The notes: generated by a model from the sequence alone, not told the origin. 31,341 bases of DNA from Hormoscilla sp. (GCA_051439505.1 JBFRWI010000230.1:1-31341); one strand, 5' to 3'. Positions 18,038 through 27,971 are shown, counted from the stretch's first letter. A program made the numbers and translations.

Positions 18038-19069
18038 ATGACAACAGAGAGGTCATTAGCAGATCAACCGATGGCTCGAAAGTCAGCGAGGATGGCGATC
18101 GGCTCAATATTGATCGCGATCGTGGCGCTGTCCCAAGCGGCAATATTAATCAGGTTGAACGAAATCGAACTCAGTCCTATGGCGACAATCTTCAATCGCT
18201 TCTGGATATCATTTGCGATCTGCGGGGTCTGGCATCTATGGGAGTATGAACGCACAAAAAATGACCCGAACTCCTCATTAGTGCCGCTGAAAGACTATAC
18301 AACTCGCGATCTGGTGCTGCTGATCGGGGCGGGGGTTATGTTCTGGGCATGCTTAATTTCCTGGGCATGGTCTCTGACTCAAACTGGCGTCGCTAACTCG
18401 ACCATCTTGCACAATCTTACCCCGCTGTTCATTACCTTGGGGGCCTGGGCGCTGTTCGGTCAGAAGTTTGACAAGCGCTTCTTGATTGGTCTATTAATCG
18501 CAATGGTGGGAGCGATCGGTCTGGGACTTGACGACCTGCAAGTGGGCGCGGATAACTTTGTCGGCGATCTGGAGGCTTTCGGGTCGGCGTTGTTCTCTGC
18601 TGGAAACCTGATGATCATCGAAAAACTGCGAGACAAGTTTACTGCGCCAACCATCATTATGTGGTGCTGTGGGGTGGGGGCCGTGTTGTGCTTGCCAATC
18701 ATGCTGATCGCCGAAGACCATATTTTCCCAATTTCGGCCTTGGGGTGGCTATGGGCGATCGGTATGGCGTTTATTTGCCAAATTGTGGGTCAAGGGCTTC
18801 AGGCTTATAGCCTCAAACGCTTGTCCTCAGGTTTGGTGGGTATATTCCTACTGCTAGATCCGGTTTTTGCTGCTTTAACTGCCTGGGTGGTCTTCTCGGA
18901 AAGCTTAAGTCTGTTTAACTGGGCGGCTTTTGGCGTAGTCTTGGCGGGCATCTACCTGGCAAAATCTAGTCATTATGCCGATCGGGTAATCGCTGGTGAA
19001 GATCTCTCCGGGGAGGAAAACTCCAACCAAGTGCTGCCATCGAATAAACAATTAGCAAGCATGACTTAA
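18038..19069 (+). CDS. EamA/DMT family transporter
   Basis: About 10 hydrophobic helices in two EamA repeats (NSTILHNLTPLF, LLLDPVFAAL..VFSESL); AGGAG RBS. Confidence 0.9.
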   Translation: MTTERSLADQPMARKSARMAIGSILIAIVALSQAAILIRLNEIELSPMATIFNRFWISFAICGVWHLWEYERTKNDPNSSLVPLKDYTTRDLVLLIGAGVMFWACLISWAWSLTQTGVANSTILHNLTPLFITLGAWALFGQKFDKRFLIGLLIAMVGAIGLGLDDLQVGADNFVGDLEAFGSALFSAGNLMIIEKLRDKFTAPTIIMWCCGVGAVLCLPIMLIAEDHIFPISALGWLWAIGMAFICQIVGQGLQAYSLKRLSSGLVGIFLLLDPVFAALTAWVVFSESLSLFNWAAFGVVLAGIYLAKSSHYADRVIAGEDLSGEENSNQVLPSNKQLASMT

Positions 19070-19187
19070 TCAGTGCTCCCACGAGCGCTCGATTCACGCT
19101 TCTTTATCCGTCTACAGTTACTATGGTAAGTCTGGTAGGCGGATGGCTGTTTTTTGTGAACCCTGGGGCGATCGGGTCTCCCATTTC

Positions 19188-19347
19188 GCGGTTGGCGCGA
19201 TCGTCTGCGGTGAAGATCTAGTGGTCGGGAACGATCGCGACTTTCTCTCTATCCGGTGACTACCGACCTCTGCACCAAATTCCCGCTCTCTTGACCCCGA
19301 TCGTCCCCGGACCGCAGATATCGTGGGTCATGAGATCGTCTACATTG
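19188..19347 (-). pseudogene. Degenerate copy of the leuC 5' region
   Basis: Aligns by eye with 17065-17220; reads NVDDLMTHDICGPGTIGV/fs/REFGAEV/fs/DREKVAIVPDH*IFTADDRANR. Confidence 0.85.
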
Positions 19348-19594
19348 TTTTGACAAAAACATTGTGGCTTTGCACAGGGATGATGGTGATATATTTTCCC
19401 TTTTTGCTAATTGCAGAGGACGAAGTCGCGCAACACTCATCATCCCGTTGTTGTGCAACGCCGATATTTAATTATCATAGGGGATAATGGGCAAAGTTGA
19501 AATGCCGCCGCAGAAAGGAGAAAAAAATCCTCACTTGGTAATTTTGCCAGTCTGATGGTATAATAAAAGCTGATGTGTGAGGTGTAATCTAACC

Positions 19595-19933
19595 ATGAAA
19601 GAATTTCTAGATTTTCTCAAGCATAAATATGCTTATGTCGCGATCGGGGAATTCAAACCCGGCAAGTTTGAAGAAGCGAAGCAACTGTATGAAAAAGCCA
19701 TAGCCACCTATGGTCAAGGGTTCGGAGGATCCTATCTGCTGCAAGAACCGGGAACGGATAAGGGCATCGCCATCATCTTTTGGTCAAGCTTAGAAGAGAT
19801 GGAAGCTAATAAAAATGACGTTCATGAGGCGATCGTCAAGGAGATATCTCATTTATTGGTGGAACCAGCGACGACATCAGTATATGAAGTATGCAGCACC
19901 TTCGATCCTCCCGCAAGCCAGTCAGAAGCATAA
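19595..19933 (+). CDS. ABM-like (dimeric alpha-beta barrel) small protein
   Basis: FKPGKFEEA...QGF.GSYLL...GIAIIFW.S.E.M pattern; ATG at 19595; TGGTATAAT upstream. Confidence 0.8.
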   Translation: MKEFLDFLKHKYAYVAIGEFKPGKFEEAKQLYEKAIATYGQGFGGSYLLQEPGTDKGIAIIFWSSLEEMEANKNDVHEAIVKEISHLLVEPATTSVYEVCSTFDPPASQSEA

Positions 19934-20079
19934 GTTGACATAGGCCACTCGCTCTGCTGGCATTAAGAAACCAGGTTTTTCCCATATACCTGGTTTCCAT
20001 TCGATGTGAATCAGTCGGAAAACCCACCGAAAGACTAAAGTCTTTACTACGAACGATTAACTCAATCTTAGGCAATCTC

Positions 20080-21531
20080 ATGACATTAAAACTGTACAAC
20101 ACTCTCAGCCGCACAGAATCTCCCTTTTCTCCCCTGTCACCTCCCCAGGTCCGCATCTATTGCTGTGGGGTCACGGTCTACGATTTCTGCCATTTGGGTC
20201 ACGCCCGATCCTACATAGTATGGGATACCCTCCGCCGTTATCTCCAATGGTCCGGTTTCCAGGTTAATTACGTTCAAAATTTTACCGATATTGATGACAA
20301 GATTCTCCACCGGGCCCGCCAAACAGGTTCCACTATGCAAGCTGTGGCCTCACGCTTCACGCAAACCTATTTTGAAGATATGGCCCGCCTGAATGTCCTG
20401 GAAGCTGATGAATATCCCCGGGCCACCGACGCGATCGATGGTATTCAGCGCTTGATCCGCGAGTTGGAACAGAAGGGCTATGCTTATTCAGCGGATGGAG
20501 ATGTATATTACCACGTGCGTCAATTTCCTGAATACGGTAAGCTGTCCCGGCGTCAGCTAGAGGAAATGCAAGCCGGTGCTAGCGGACGGGTGGAGGTGGC
20601 AGTCGATGAGGCCCAGAAGAAAAAAGACCCCTATGATTTTGCCCTCTGGAAGGCGGCTAAACCAGAAGAACCCAGTTGGCCTTCTCCTTGGGGTGCCGGT
20701 CGCCCCGGATGGCATATTGAATGTTCGGCCATGGTGCGCGATCGCCTGGGAGATTCGATCGACATCCATTGCGGCGGCGCGGACCTGATCTTCCCCCACC
20801 ACGAGAATGAAATTGCTCAGTCTGAAGCTGCAACCGGTAAACCCCTAGCCCAATACTGGCTGCATAATGGCTTTGTGACAGTCAATGGGGAAAAGATGTC
20901 CAAGTCCTTGGGCAATTTTACTACCATCCGTCAGCTCCTGGATGGGGAAAATGCTCCCGAACCAATGGCCGTGCGCTTGTTTGTCCTCCAGGGACATTAC
21001 CGCAAACCAATCGATTTTACTCCTGATGCGATCGCTTCGGCCCAAAATAGCTGGGAAACTCTCAAATATGGGTTGCTTTTCGGACCAAAGTATGGTACAA
21101 AACTAGGATGGACCGAGACCGGGTCGCTGTTAACAGAATCCGTTGCTAAATTTCAGACGGCGATGGATGACGATCTCAACAGTCCTGGGGCTTTGGCCGT
21201 TTTGTTTGAACTGGCCAAAGAACTCCAGCGGCAGGGAAATATTCTCCTTCATGCCGGAAAAATAGAAATAGACCCCCAAATACTCCAACAACAGTGGTAT
21301 ACTCTGGTCAGCTTGGCAAAAATATTGGGTTTAGAAGCTAGTTTAGAGGAGGAAAAAACAGCATCTGATGGTTTAAGTGATGCCGAAATAGAAGCATTGA
21401 TTTCGCAACGTTCCCAAGCTAGGAAAGCTAAGAACTTTGCCGAGGGCGATCGCATCCGTAACGAACTGCAAGCCCAAGGAATTACCTTGATAGATCGACC
21501 GGGTGGCATAACTATCTGGCACCGCAGCTAA
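20080..21531 (+). CDS. cysS: Cysteinyl-tRNA synthetase
   Basis: [36 protein letters not shown] and KMSKSLGN. Confidence 0.98.
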   Translation: MTLKLYNTLSRTESPFSPLSPPQVRIYCCGVTVYDFCHLGHARSYIVWDTLRRYLQWSGFQVNYVQNFTDIDDKILHRARQTGSTMQAVASRFTQTYFEDMARLNVLEADEYPRATDAIDGIQRLIRELEQKGYAYSADGDVYYHVRQFPEYGKLSRRQLEEMQAGASGRVEVAVDEAQKKKDPYDFALWKAAKPEEPSWPSPWGAGRPGWHIECSAMVRDRLGDSIDIHCGGADLIFPHHENEIAQSEAATGKPLAQYWLHNGFVTVNGEKMSKSLGNFTTIRQLLDGENAPEPMAVRLFVLQGHYRKPIDFTPDAIASAQNSWETLKYGLLFGPKYGTKLGWTETGSLLTESVAKFQTAMDDDLNSPGALAVLFELAKELQRQGNILLHAGKIEIDPQILQQQWYTLVSLAKILGLEASLEEEKTASDGLSDAEIEALISQRSQARKAKNFAEGDRIRNELQAQGITLIDRPGGITIWHRS

Positions 21532-21646
21532 AAGTAGCCTAGTTGATTGTTCGGAGTTGATTGTTGATTGTGAAAATAATTAATTGGGGAAGATATTGCG
21601 ATCGGGGCCTCGATATTCGATCGACAATCAACAACCCCGGATAGGG

Positions 21647-21809
21647 GGTGTGGTCAAAAGTAGTTGATAGAGTAGAGCAATTTTTACACCATACCAGTAG
21701 CGGGCGGATCCCCCCCCAGCCCCCCCTTTCGGAAGGGGGGGAGCAACTGGCCCCCCCCTTTTTAAGGGGGGCTGGGGGGGATCCCTTACCAACGGGTTTT
21801 GACCACACC
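21647..21809. mobile_element. MITE-like palindromic element (family A), copy 2, with target-site duplication
   Basis: TIRs GGTGTGGTCAAAA / TTTTGACCACACC; CCGGATAGGG directly repeated at 21637-21646 and 21810-21819. Confidence 0.85.
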
Positions 21810-21910
21810 CCCGGATAGGGAAATGTTACCAGGCAAAATAGGAGGACATAATTTGTTGTAAGTTTGTAAACTTGGGCAAATTAAAAACATGGATAGCTGA
21901 TAATTATGTA

Positions 21911-21959
21911 ACTGACAACTGACAGCTGACAACTGACAACTGACAACTGACAACTAACA
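21911..21959. repeat. Heptamer tandem repeat (ACTGACA)n, STRR-like
   Basis: About 7 copies just upstream of the AI-2E gene. Confidence 0.9.
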
Positions 21960-21976
21960 AGACTTAATAGCTAATC

Positions 21977-23068
21977 ATGCGCGAGCAACGTATTACCTTT
22001 TCCTTTTTCGGTCTGCTGCTGATTGTAGCATCAGTATTGTCGATAGTCGTGTTGTGGCAGCTGCGGAGTCTGCTAATAATTTTGATGATTTCTGTAGTGA
22101 TAGCAGCTTCTATTGCTCCCTTGGTAGAAGCGGCTGAAAGGTTGCACGTACCGCGTTGGTTGGGAACGATCGTGGTTTACTTCACCCTCTTATCTGGATT
22201 AACAGGAGTAGGACTGTTGCTAGGTCCTGCGGTGGTGTCGCAACTTCAGCGTCTACTCCAGGGGGTGCCAATCTACGCGGAAAAGTTAATCGCCCTGGCG
22301 GAGAATACAATAATGAGATTGAATGACACTCCGACAGAAGATATATTCGCGTTCTTTAATGTCCAGCAGTTCACTAGCTGGCTGTTTCGTTCCAGCCAAC
22401 AGCTAGTATTGCGTTCCTATAGTATCACTAGGGGAATTTTGGGTGGCGCGATTAGTCTGATTCTTTCTTTGTTTATTTCTGGCTACATGGTAGCGGATAG
22501 CAAAACTCTAGTACGCAGTGTCGTGCGTCTGTTTCCCCAACCTTGGGAGGAACGTTTGGCAGCTCAAGTGCCGATTATTAGTTACCGCATGGGCAGTTAT
22601 ATTCGGGGAAGACTTTTGGTTTCCTTGATTTTAGGCATAGCGACCACTGTTGGGTTGCGCTTTTTGGGACTGCGGGAGTTTTCTCTCGGGTTGGGAGCGA
22701 TCGCTGGTGTCACGAATTTAATCCCTTTTATCGGACCAGTTTTGGGGGCTATCCCCGCTTTGGTGGTGGCGATCGCCGCTGGGGGATGGAAGTTTCTGTG
22801 GGTATTGCTGTTCTTCGTGGTGATCCAGAATGTAGAAACCTATTTGCTGGACCCCTTTCTGGTAGGTTCTTCTGTAGGGTTACACCCCCTCTACCAGTTG
22901 CTAGCAGTGGTGGGAGGTACGCAAATATTGGGTATTCTGGGGGCCTTGATCGTACCGCCTTGGGTGGCCGGTGCAGCTGCTTTAATCGAGAATCTGTATT
23001 TAGAGCCTAAACAGCGGGCCGAACAGAAAACAATCGTCATTTCCCCGGAGACAAGTATGCCCCAATGA
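21977..23068 (+). CDS. AI-2E (PerM/UPF0118) family transporter
   Basis: Multi-TM protein with NLIPFIGP, QNVETYLLDP..VG..VGLHP and GILGALIVPP. Confidence 0.92.
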   Translation: MREQRITFSFFGLLLIVASVLSIVVLWQLRSLLIILMISVVIAASIAPLVEAAERLHVPRWLGTIVVYFTLLSGLTGVGLLLGPAVVSQLQRLLQGVPIYAEKLIALAENTIMRLNDTPTEDIFAFFNVQQFTSWLFRSSQQLVLRSYSITRGILGGAISLILSLFISGYMVADSKTLVRSVVRLFPQPWEERLAAQVPIISYRMGSYIRGRLLVSLILGIATTVGLRFLGLREFSLGLGAIAGVTNLIPFIGPVLGAIPALVVAIAAGGWKFLWVLLFFVVIQNVETYLLDPFLVGSSVGLHPLYQLLAVVGGTQILGILGALIVPPWVAGAAALIENLYLEPKQRAEQKTIVISPETSMPQ

Positions 23069-23123
23069 TTTGAGTTGTCAGTTGCCCTGGATGGGCGGAT
23101 CGCCTATCCGGAGGTTGTCAATC

Positions 23124-23357
23124 TTAAATCTTCAATTGAGGATTGTCGAAGAGGATTTGATTGCTAACTTTGATCCTACCTCTGAGTACCGCTCGTAGCA
23201 ATCGATTCACGGCTCTTTGCTCTTGTTCGTCTAGGGACTCATCTAAGATTGCGGCCATCAGTCCATAGCGATCGTTGAGAGTGAGCATGCGACTATCGCT
23301 AGTCGATGCCATAATTTCCGCAATAGCACCAGGTATAAGTTTGATTTGTGGTAACAT
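23124..23357 (-). CDS. Small conserved cyanobacterial hypothetical protein
   Basis: MLPQIKLIPGAIAEI...LTLNDRYGLMAAILDESLDEQEQRAVNRLLRAV.RGRI pattern; ATG at 23357. Confidence 0.7.
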   Translation of the reverse strand: MLPQIKLIPGAIAEIMASTSDSRMLTLNDRYGLMAAILDESLDEQEQRAVNRLLRAVLRGRIKVSNQILFDNPQLKI

Positions 23358-23631
23358 TTTTTTATAGTTGAACCCTACTCTTTTAATATCTCTCTTTTTC
23401 CCTAACCCTAAGGCGATCGCGCTTATAGGTAATGTGTGATACAAATCATTGGTGCCGGTGATGGTAAACACGGCGGATCCTCGATAGATGATGTATAGAA
23501 AAGGGACTCAAGGCCCGATGATTGAGCAGTATCTATATAAGTAGAGTTAAGTATAATTTTACAGCAGTTGAGATCCTGGCGCGGCAGGAGATAAGATCTG
23601 CATAAAGTTGTTTTTACTGAAGCTTTGTCTT

Positions 23632-26106
23632 ATGACTCAAAGGCCGTCTCAATGCGAAAATCTGCCAGAACAGGTGGAGAAGATACTGGGACTATTGCAT
23701 GCAGAGCCATCTTTGCGCAGTCAGGATGTCTCCGCCGTGCAGGCGTCCCTGAAAAAGGCGATCGCGCCCAAGTTTGAAATCCTGTTTGCGGGTGCTTTCA
23801 GTGCGGGGAAGTCGATGTTAATTAATGCGCTGCTGGAGAGGGAATTGCTCTACAGTGCCGAAGGTCACGCTACGGGCACTCAATGCTATATTGAGTATGC
23901 CGAACCAGAGGCAGAACGGGTGGTGCTCACCTTTTCAAGTGCAGCGGAAATTAAAACCCAGGCGGTGGCTTTGTGTAAGGGACTGGGAATGTCTGCTGCT
24001 ACGGATATCGACGAGTCGGAAGTGGTCGAACTGCTGCGCAAAGGATGTAAAGCTATTATTCAGGCAGAGGGTGGGGAGAGTAAGTCGGAACGGGCGAAAC
24101 AGGCCCGAGCATTGCTGCTGCTGCTGTCGGGGTACGAGCAAAATCGCGATCGCATCCATCCTAGCAGCAATGCTACCTACTCTATGGAGCAATTTGATTT
24201 CTCGAATCTGAAGGAAGCGGCGAGTTATGCGCGACGTAGCAGTAACTCTGCTGTGCTGAAGCGGATCGAGTATTATTGCTATCATCCCCTGTTGCAGGAT
24301 GGCAACGTGTTAATAGATATGCCCGGCATTGACGCCCCTGTCAAGCAGGATGCAGAACTGACTTATCAGAAAATTGCCGATCCAGAAACTTCCGCAGTGA
24401 TCTGCGTGCTCAAACCTGCTGCTGCGGGAGATGTGACGACGGAAGAAACGGAACTGTTGGAGAATATCCGCGAAAACCCCGGCATTCGCGATCGGATGTT
24501 TTACGTCTTCAACCGCATTGACGAGACTTGGTACAATACCCAGCTGCGGAAAAGATTAGATGATTTAATCGGTTCTCAGTTTGCCGATAGCAGTCGGGTT
24601 TACAAAACTAGCGGTTTGTTGGGGTTCTACGGCAGTCAGATTAAAGGAACCAGCGGACGCGATCGCTTTGGGTTGGATTCTGTTTTTGCGGAAAGCGTGA
24701 AAAGCATGGACGGAGAGGAGGAGACGCCGCAATTTGTCTATGAGTTTAATCGCTACTGCACCTCTGGTAAACTTTCTCCGAGTAAATTTCGGATTTCGGT
24801 GAATGGTTTTGAAACTCCGAATCAGAATTACGTGCGGATAATGGCGGAACAGGGGACGGCCCTGATCTCACAGTTGATTGCAGATAGCGGCATAGAGGAA
24901 TTCAAAACTGCCATGACTCGCTATCTGACGGAGGAAAAGCGTCCCCAACTGTTTGCTAATCTCGCAGATGACTTGCAACCTCTATGCATTAGCTTGCGCA
25001 AGCATTATCTCAGCATGCAGCGGGATCTAGACAGTCAACCCCGGGAAATTGCCGGGATGAAGGCCCGGGAGTTAGAACAGCTGAACCAGCAGTTACAGCA
25101 GGTAGGATCTGCTTTTTATCAGCATGTGGAAGGGGAAGTAAATCAGGTGGTGACTAACCGCTGTCAGGACTTAGAATCTGATTTTGAGCAGATGCAATCT
25201 CGGATGGTGCGCCGCTTGGATGAGTTGTTAGATACTTTTTCCGTCCGATCGGCCTACGAACGCGCAACTCTCAGTCATCCCCGCAATGCTACTGCCCCCT
25301 TATTGGCGGTTTTGGTGGAGGCCCTTTACGCGATCGCGAACCAGTTGGAAGATATTTTAGTGGAAGCTTGTCAGTCAATTACGGCAGAATTTTTCCACGC
25401 TTTGCTGAAACGCATGCGCCAGGCAGAATATTATCGCGAGTTGTACCGACTGCTGGGCAATGATGGCGGGATCGAACAATGCCTCCAGCAGTTAGAAAAA
25501 CAGGTGACTCTGGCCCTGGCAAATGCGGCCCGGACAGAGTGCGATCGCTATGTGCGGGAAAGTCCGCGTTTTTACGACGAAGGCACCTTTTCCATTTATC
25601 AATTCCGGCAAACCTTGCTGCAAACCTCAGAAGGTTACGATGCGGAAAGTATCATTGAGGCGGAACCTGCCATTCGCCAACTGCTGAAGCTAGATTTTGA
25701 GCCGAAAGTTTCTGCTACAGTGCGGCGCAATTTCCGTCAGGTAATCAACCAAACTCTGAAAACTCAGTTGTTGCCAGCAGCAGCACAACAGCAAGAGGAA
25801 ATTTTGGGCCGATACAGTCAAGCGCGGGCATTTTTAGGGCAAACTCTGGAAAAAGAAGCAGAAGAACGGATCGCCAATAATCAGCGGTTGCTGAGTGAGG
25901 TCGAGCAAAAGATCGAACAGTATAATCAAGCGGTAGGGGGAATAAATGCTTGTCTGAAGGCCATGCAATTGGACCGCCATCAGTTGCCAATAATTGCAGA
26001 AGAAGAATTGCTGCCAGTTGATAATGGTTCAGAAGCAAACACGGCGATCCCCGACGCGATCCCCGACGGGATACCCGACGCGGCGATACCAGACGCGATA
26101 CCCTAA
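23632..26106 (+). CDS. Bacterial dynamin-like GTPase (SynDLP/KGK-clade type)
   Basis: G1 GAFSAGKS, G2 HAT, G3 DMPG, G4 NRID; long helical stalk; KGK genes downstream; ATG at 23632. Confidence 0.92.
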   Translation: MTQRPSQCENLPEQVEKILGLLHAEPSLRSQDVSAVQASLKKAIAPKFEILFAGAFSAGKSMLINALLERELLYSAEGHATGTQCYIEYAEPEAERVVLTFSSAAEIKTQAVALCKGLGMSAATDIDESEVVELLRKGCKAIIQAEGGESKSERAKQARALLLLLSGYEQNRDRIHPSSNATYSMEQFDFSNLKEAASYARRSSNSAVLKRIEYYCYHPLLQDGNVLIDMPGIDAPVKQDAELTYQKIADPETSAVICVLKPAAAGDVTTEETELLENIRENPGIRDRMFYVFNRIDETWYNTQLRKRLDDLIGSQFADSSRVYKTSGLLGFYGSQIKGTSGRDRFGLDSVFAESVKSMDGEEETPQFVYEFNRYCTSGKLSPSKFRISVNGFETPNQNYVRIMAEQGTALISQLIADSGIEEFKTAMTRYLTEEKRPQLFANLADDLQPLCISLRKHYLSMQRDLDSQPREIAGMKARELEQLNQQLQQVGSAFYQHVEGEVNQVVTNRCQDLESDFEQMQSRMVRRLDELLDTFSVRSAYERATLSHPRNATAPLLAVLVEALYAIANQLEDILVEACQSITAEFFHALLKRMRQAEYYRELYRLLGNDGGIEQCLQQLEKQVTLALANAARTECDRYVRESPRFYDEGTFSIYQFRQTLLQTSEGYDAESIIEAEPAIRQLLKLDFEPKVSATVRRNFRQVINQTLKTQLLPAAAQQQEEILGRYSQARAFLGQTLEKEAEERIANNQRLLSEVEQKIEQYNQAVGGINACLKAMQLDRHQLPIIAEEELLPVDNGSEANTAIPDAIPDGIPDAAIPDAIP

Positions 26107-26153
26107 AGGGTATCGCTACATGGACAAAGCCCGCCTGCGCGGGCTAGGCTTTT

Positions 26154-26175
26154 GTAGGGTGGGCACCGCCCACCA
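26154..26175 (+). repeat. GTAG REP
   Basis: GTAGGGTGGGCACCGCCCACCA, identical to the REPs beside the RAYT gene. Confidence 0.9.
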
Positions 26176-26251
26176 GCAGTGCGATCGAAAACAATATTTG
26201 GGGTTGCACAATTACGGGATGATAAGGGCTGCTAATGGGCAAAGCATTACT

Positions 26252-26461
26252 GCGGCAGTATAGTTGCAGCCAGCGGCGCAATGGTTGCAGACAGCGGCGC
26301 AATGGTTGCAGACAGCGGCAGTATAGTTGCAGCCAGCGGCAGTATAGTTGCAGCCAGCGGCGCAATGGTTGCAGCCAGCGGCGCAATGGTTGCAGCCAGC
26401 GGCGCAATGGTTGCAGACAGCGGCGCAATGGTTGCAGACAGCGGCGCAATGGTTGCAGACA
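26252..26461. repeat. 21-bp tandem repeat x10, three variants
   Basis: GCGGCAGTATAGTTGCAGCCA, GCGGCGCAATGGTTGCAGACA and GCGGCGCAATGGTTGCAGCCA, with no spacers. Confidence 0.95.
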
Positions 26462-26553
26462 GCTAGCTACTACAGAAAACAGAGAACACAGAACACCGCA
26501 TCAGGCGTAATTTTCAACCGTTGGCTGCTATAATCCCGCGTGCAACAATATTT

Positions 26554-26575
26554 GTAGGGTGGGCACCGCCCACCA
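26554..26575 (+). repeat. GTAG REP
   Basis: GTAGGGTGGGCACCGCCCACCA. Confidence 0.9.
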
Positions 26576-26613
26576 GTAGCAGGTTGTTATAATGGGAGGA
26601 ATTATTCTCAGAA

Positions 26614-27015
26614 ATGGAGATGGAAATGGAAGATAATATCTATTGGCACAACTTGAGTGATGATGATGTTTTGTCATTCGATCGGGGTGATTATACCTTC
26701 AGAGTAGGAAGATTTAAGCAATTATTAAAGCATACCTTAGATGGGAAAGGAGTAGGATACGAACTATTAAAAGAATTACAAGCTCTAGGCATAAAATTGG
26801 AAATGCCTAGAACTTCGACCGGGCAGCATCCCGAACGTGAAAAATGGTTTCTAGAAGGAGCAGATTGTGAAATAATGAAAACTAAGGAACCAGGCTGGAA
26901 AAAGGGTAAAATTCGCTTAAAAATCGCAATTGAGGTTTGGTCTGAGGAACCCGAAACCAGCGAACCGGAATCGCCCCTTGACGATCTGCGGCAAAAGCTA
27001 AGTGATGAGAATTGA
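26614..27015 (+). CDS. KGK domain protein 1
   Basis: WFLEGADCEIMK...GWKKGKIRLK...EPESPLDDLRQ. Confidence 0.9.
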   Translation: MEMEMEDNIYWHNLSDDDVLSFDRGDYTFRVGRFKQLLKHTLDGKGVGYELLKELQALGIKLEMPRTSTGQHPEREKWFLEGADCEIMKTKEPGWKKGKIRLKIAIEVWSEEPETSEPESPLDDLRQKLSDEN

Positions 27016-27042
27016 CAGTTCCGACTCAGGTAAAAATTGGCA

Positions 27043-27279
27043 ATGGTGACAATAACAGTTGATGTGAATAAGGTAGAGATGGGCTTAAAAGAGTTATTGT
27101 CTCTCGTGCGTGAAGGTACGGAAATTGTCCTGACTGAAGATAATATTCCCCGGGCCCGTTTAGAAGCGATCGCATCACAAACAGGGCCGCGTATTGCGGG
27201 ATTACATTTAGGGGAGATATGGACAAGCGATGATTTCGATCGCCCCTTACCTGACGAATTATGGACAGGGGGTGCATGA
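27043..27279 (+). CDS. Phd/YefM-like antitoxin with DUF2281-like C-terminus
   Basis: L.ELL..V..G.EIVLT....P.ARL followed by R.AGL..GEIW.SDDFD.PLPDE.W; no PIN toxin follows. Confidence 0.75.
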   Translation: MVTITVDVNKVEMGLKELLSLVREGTEIVLTEDNIPRARLEAIASQTGPRIAGLHLGEIWTSDDFDRPLPDELWTGGA

Positions 27280-27293
27280 TCTATTCTACCTAC

Positions 27294-27803
27294 TTATGAG
27301 GCTATGGATTGCCATCCACTGCCAGCGATCGGGAAAGGTGCAAGATGGGAGATATAACCCTTATCTCGTGCCATTTGGATGACAGTATCTAGAAACTCTT
27401 TTAACACTCCTAATACTTGAGAAAGATCGAGATTAAATTGCATCTGTTGGCAGCGATCGCCAACGCCAAACTTCCTGAGAGTGCAGCTAACTTCACCTCC
27501 CGCAGGCACAAACTCGATAATCATCCAACTTTCTGGAAAATCGATCTCAATCTTTTTCCCGCTAGCTAATTGGGATATTTTTTCGGGGAGTTCATTGAGA
27601 ATCAGAATAATATCGGGGTCTAAAAAGACATATTTTACCTCCCCAGCGATTCCGATCGCCACTTTATGATTGCATTCAAAGCAGAATTTTCGCAAGCTGA
27701 TTTCTAAATCATCAAGTTCTCCTAATGGGTCATCCGGGGGTTCCAGACCTGGCCATACCCAAGGTTCCGCTAATTGCAGCTCAAACTTTTGATAATTATT
27801 CAC
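27294..27803 (-). CDS. Hypothetical acidic protein
   Basis: 169-aa ORF, GTG start with GGAGG upstream; no recognised domain. Confidence 0.65.
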   Translation of the reverse strand: MNNYQKFELQLAEPWVWPGLEPPDDPLGELDDLEISLRKFCFECNHKVAIGIAGEVKYVFLDPDIILILNELPEKISQLASGKKIEIDFPESWMIIEFVPAGGEVSCTLRKFGVGDRCQQMQFNLDLSQVLGVLKEFLDTVIQMARDKGYISHLAPFPIAGSGWQSIAS

Positions 27804-27831
27804 CGGTTTTCCTCCAATCTAATGATAATAT

Positions 27832-27971
27832 GATAATACTCCTCGGGCCCGTTTATGTGCGATCGCCTCACAAACCGGGCCGCGCATTGCGGGATTACAC
27901 CTAGGGGCGATCGGGACAAGGGATGCTGCGCGATCGGCCATTACCCGACGAATTTTGGACAGGGTGCATGA
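27832..27971 (+). pseudogene. Degenerate copy of the antitoxin 3' half
   Basis: Aligns with about 27140-27279 (GATAATA.TCC.CGGGCCCGTTTA...GCGGGATTACA...GACGAATT.TGGACAGGG..TGCATGA) with indels. Confidence 0.85.

Noticed and set aside
21539..21808. 89-aa minus-strand ORF
   Set aside because: Mostly a translation of the family A MITE and heptamer repeats.
26252..26461. Possible CRISPR array or repeat-protein gene
   Set aside because: Units are contiguous with no unique spacers and there are no cas genes; ORFs in several frames simply reflect a stop-poor 21-mer.
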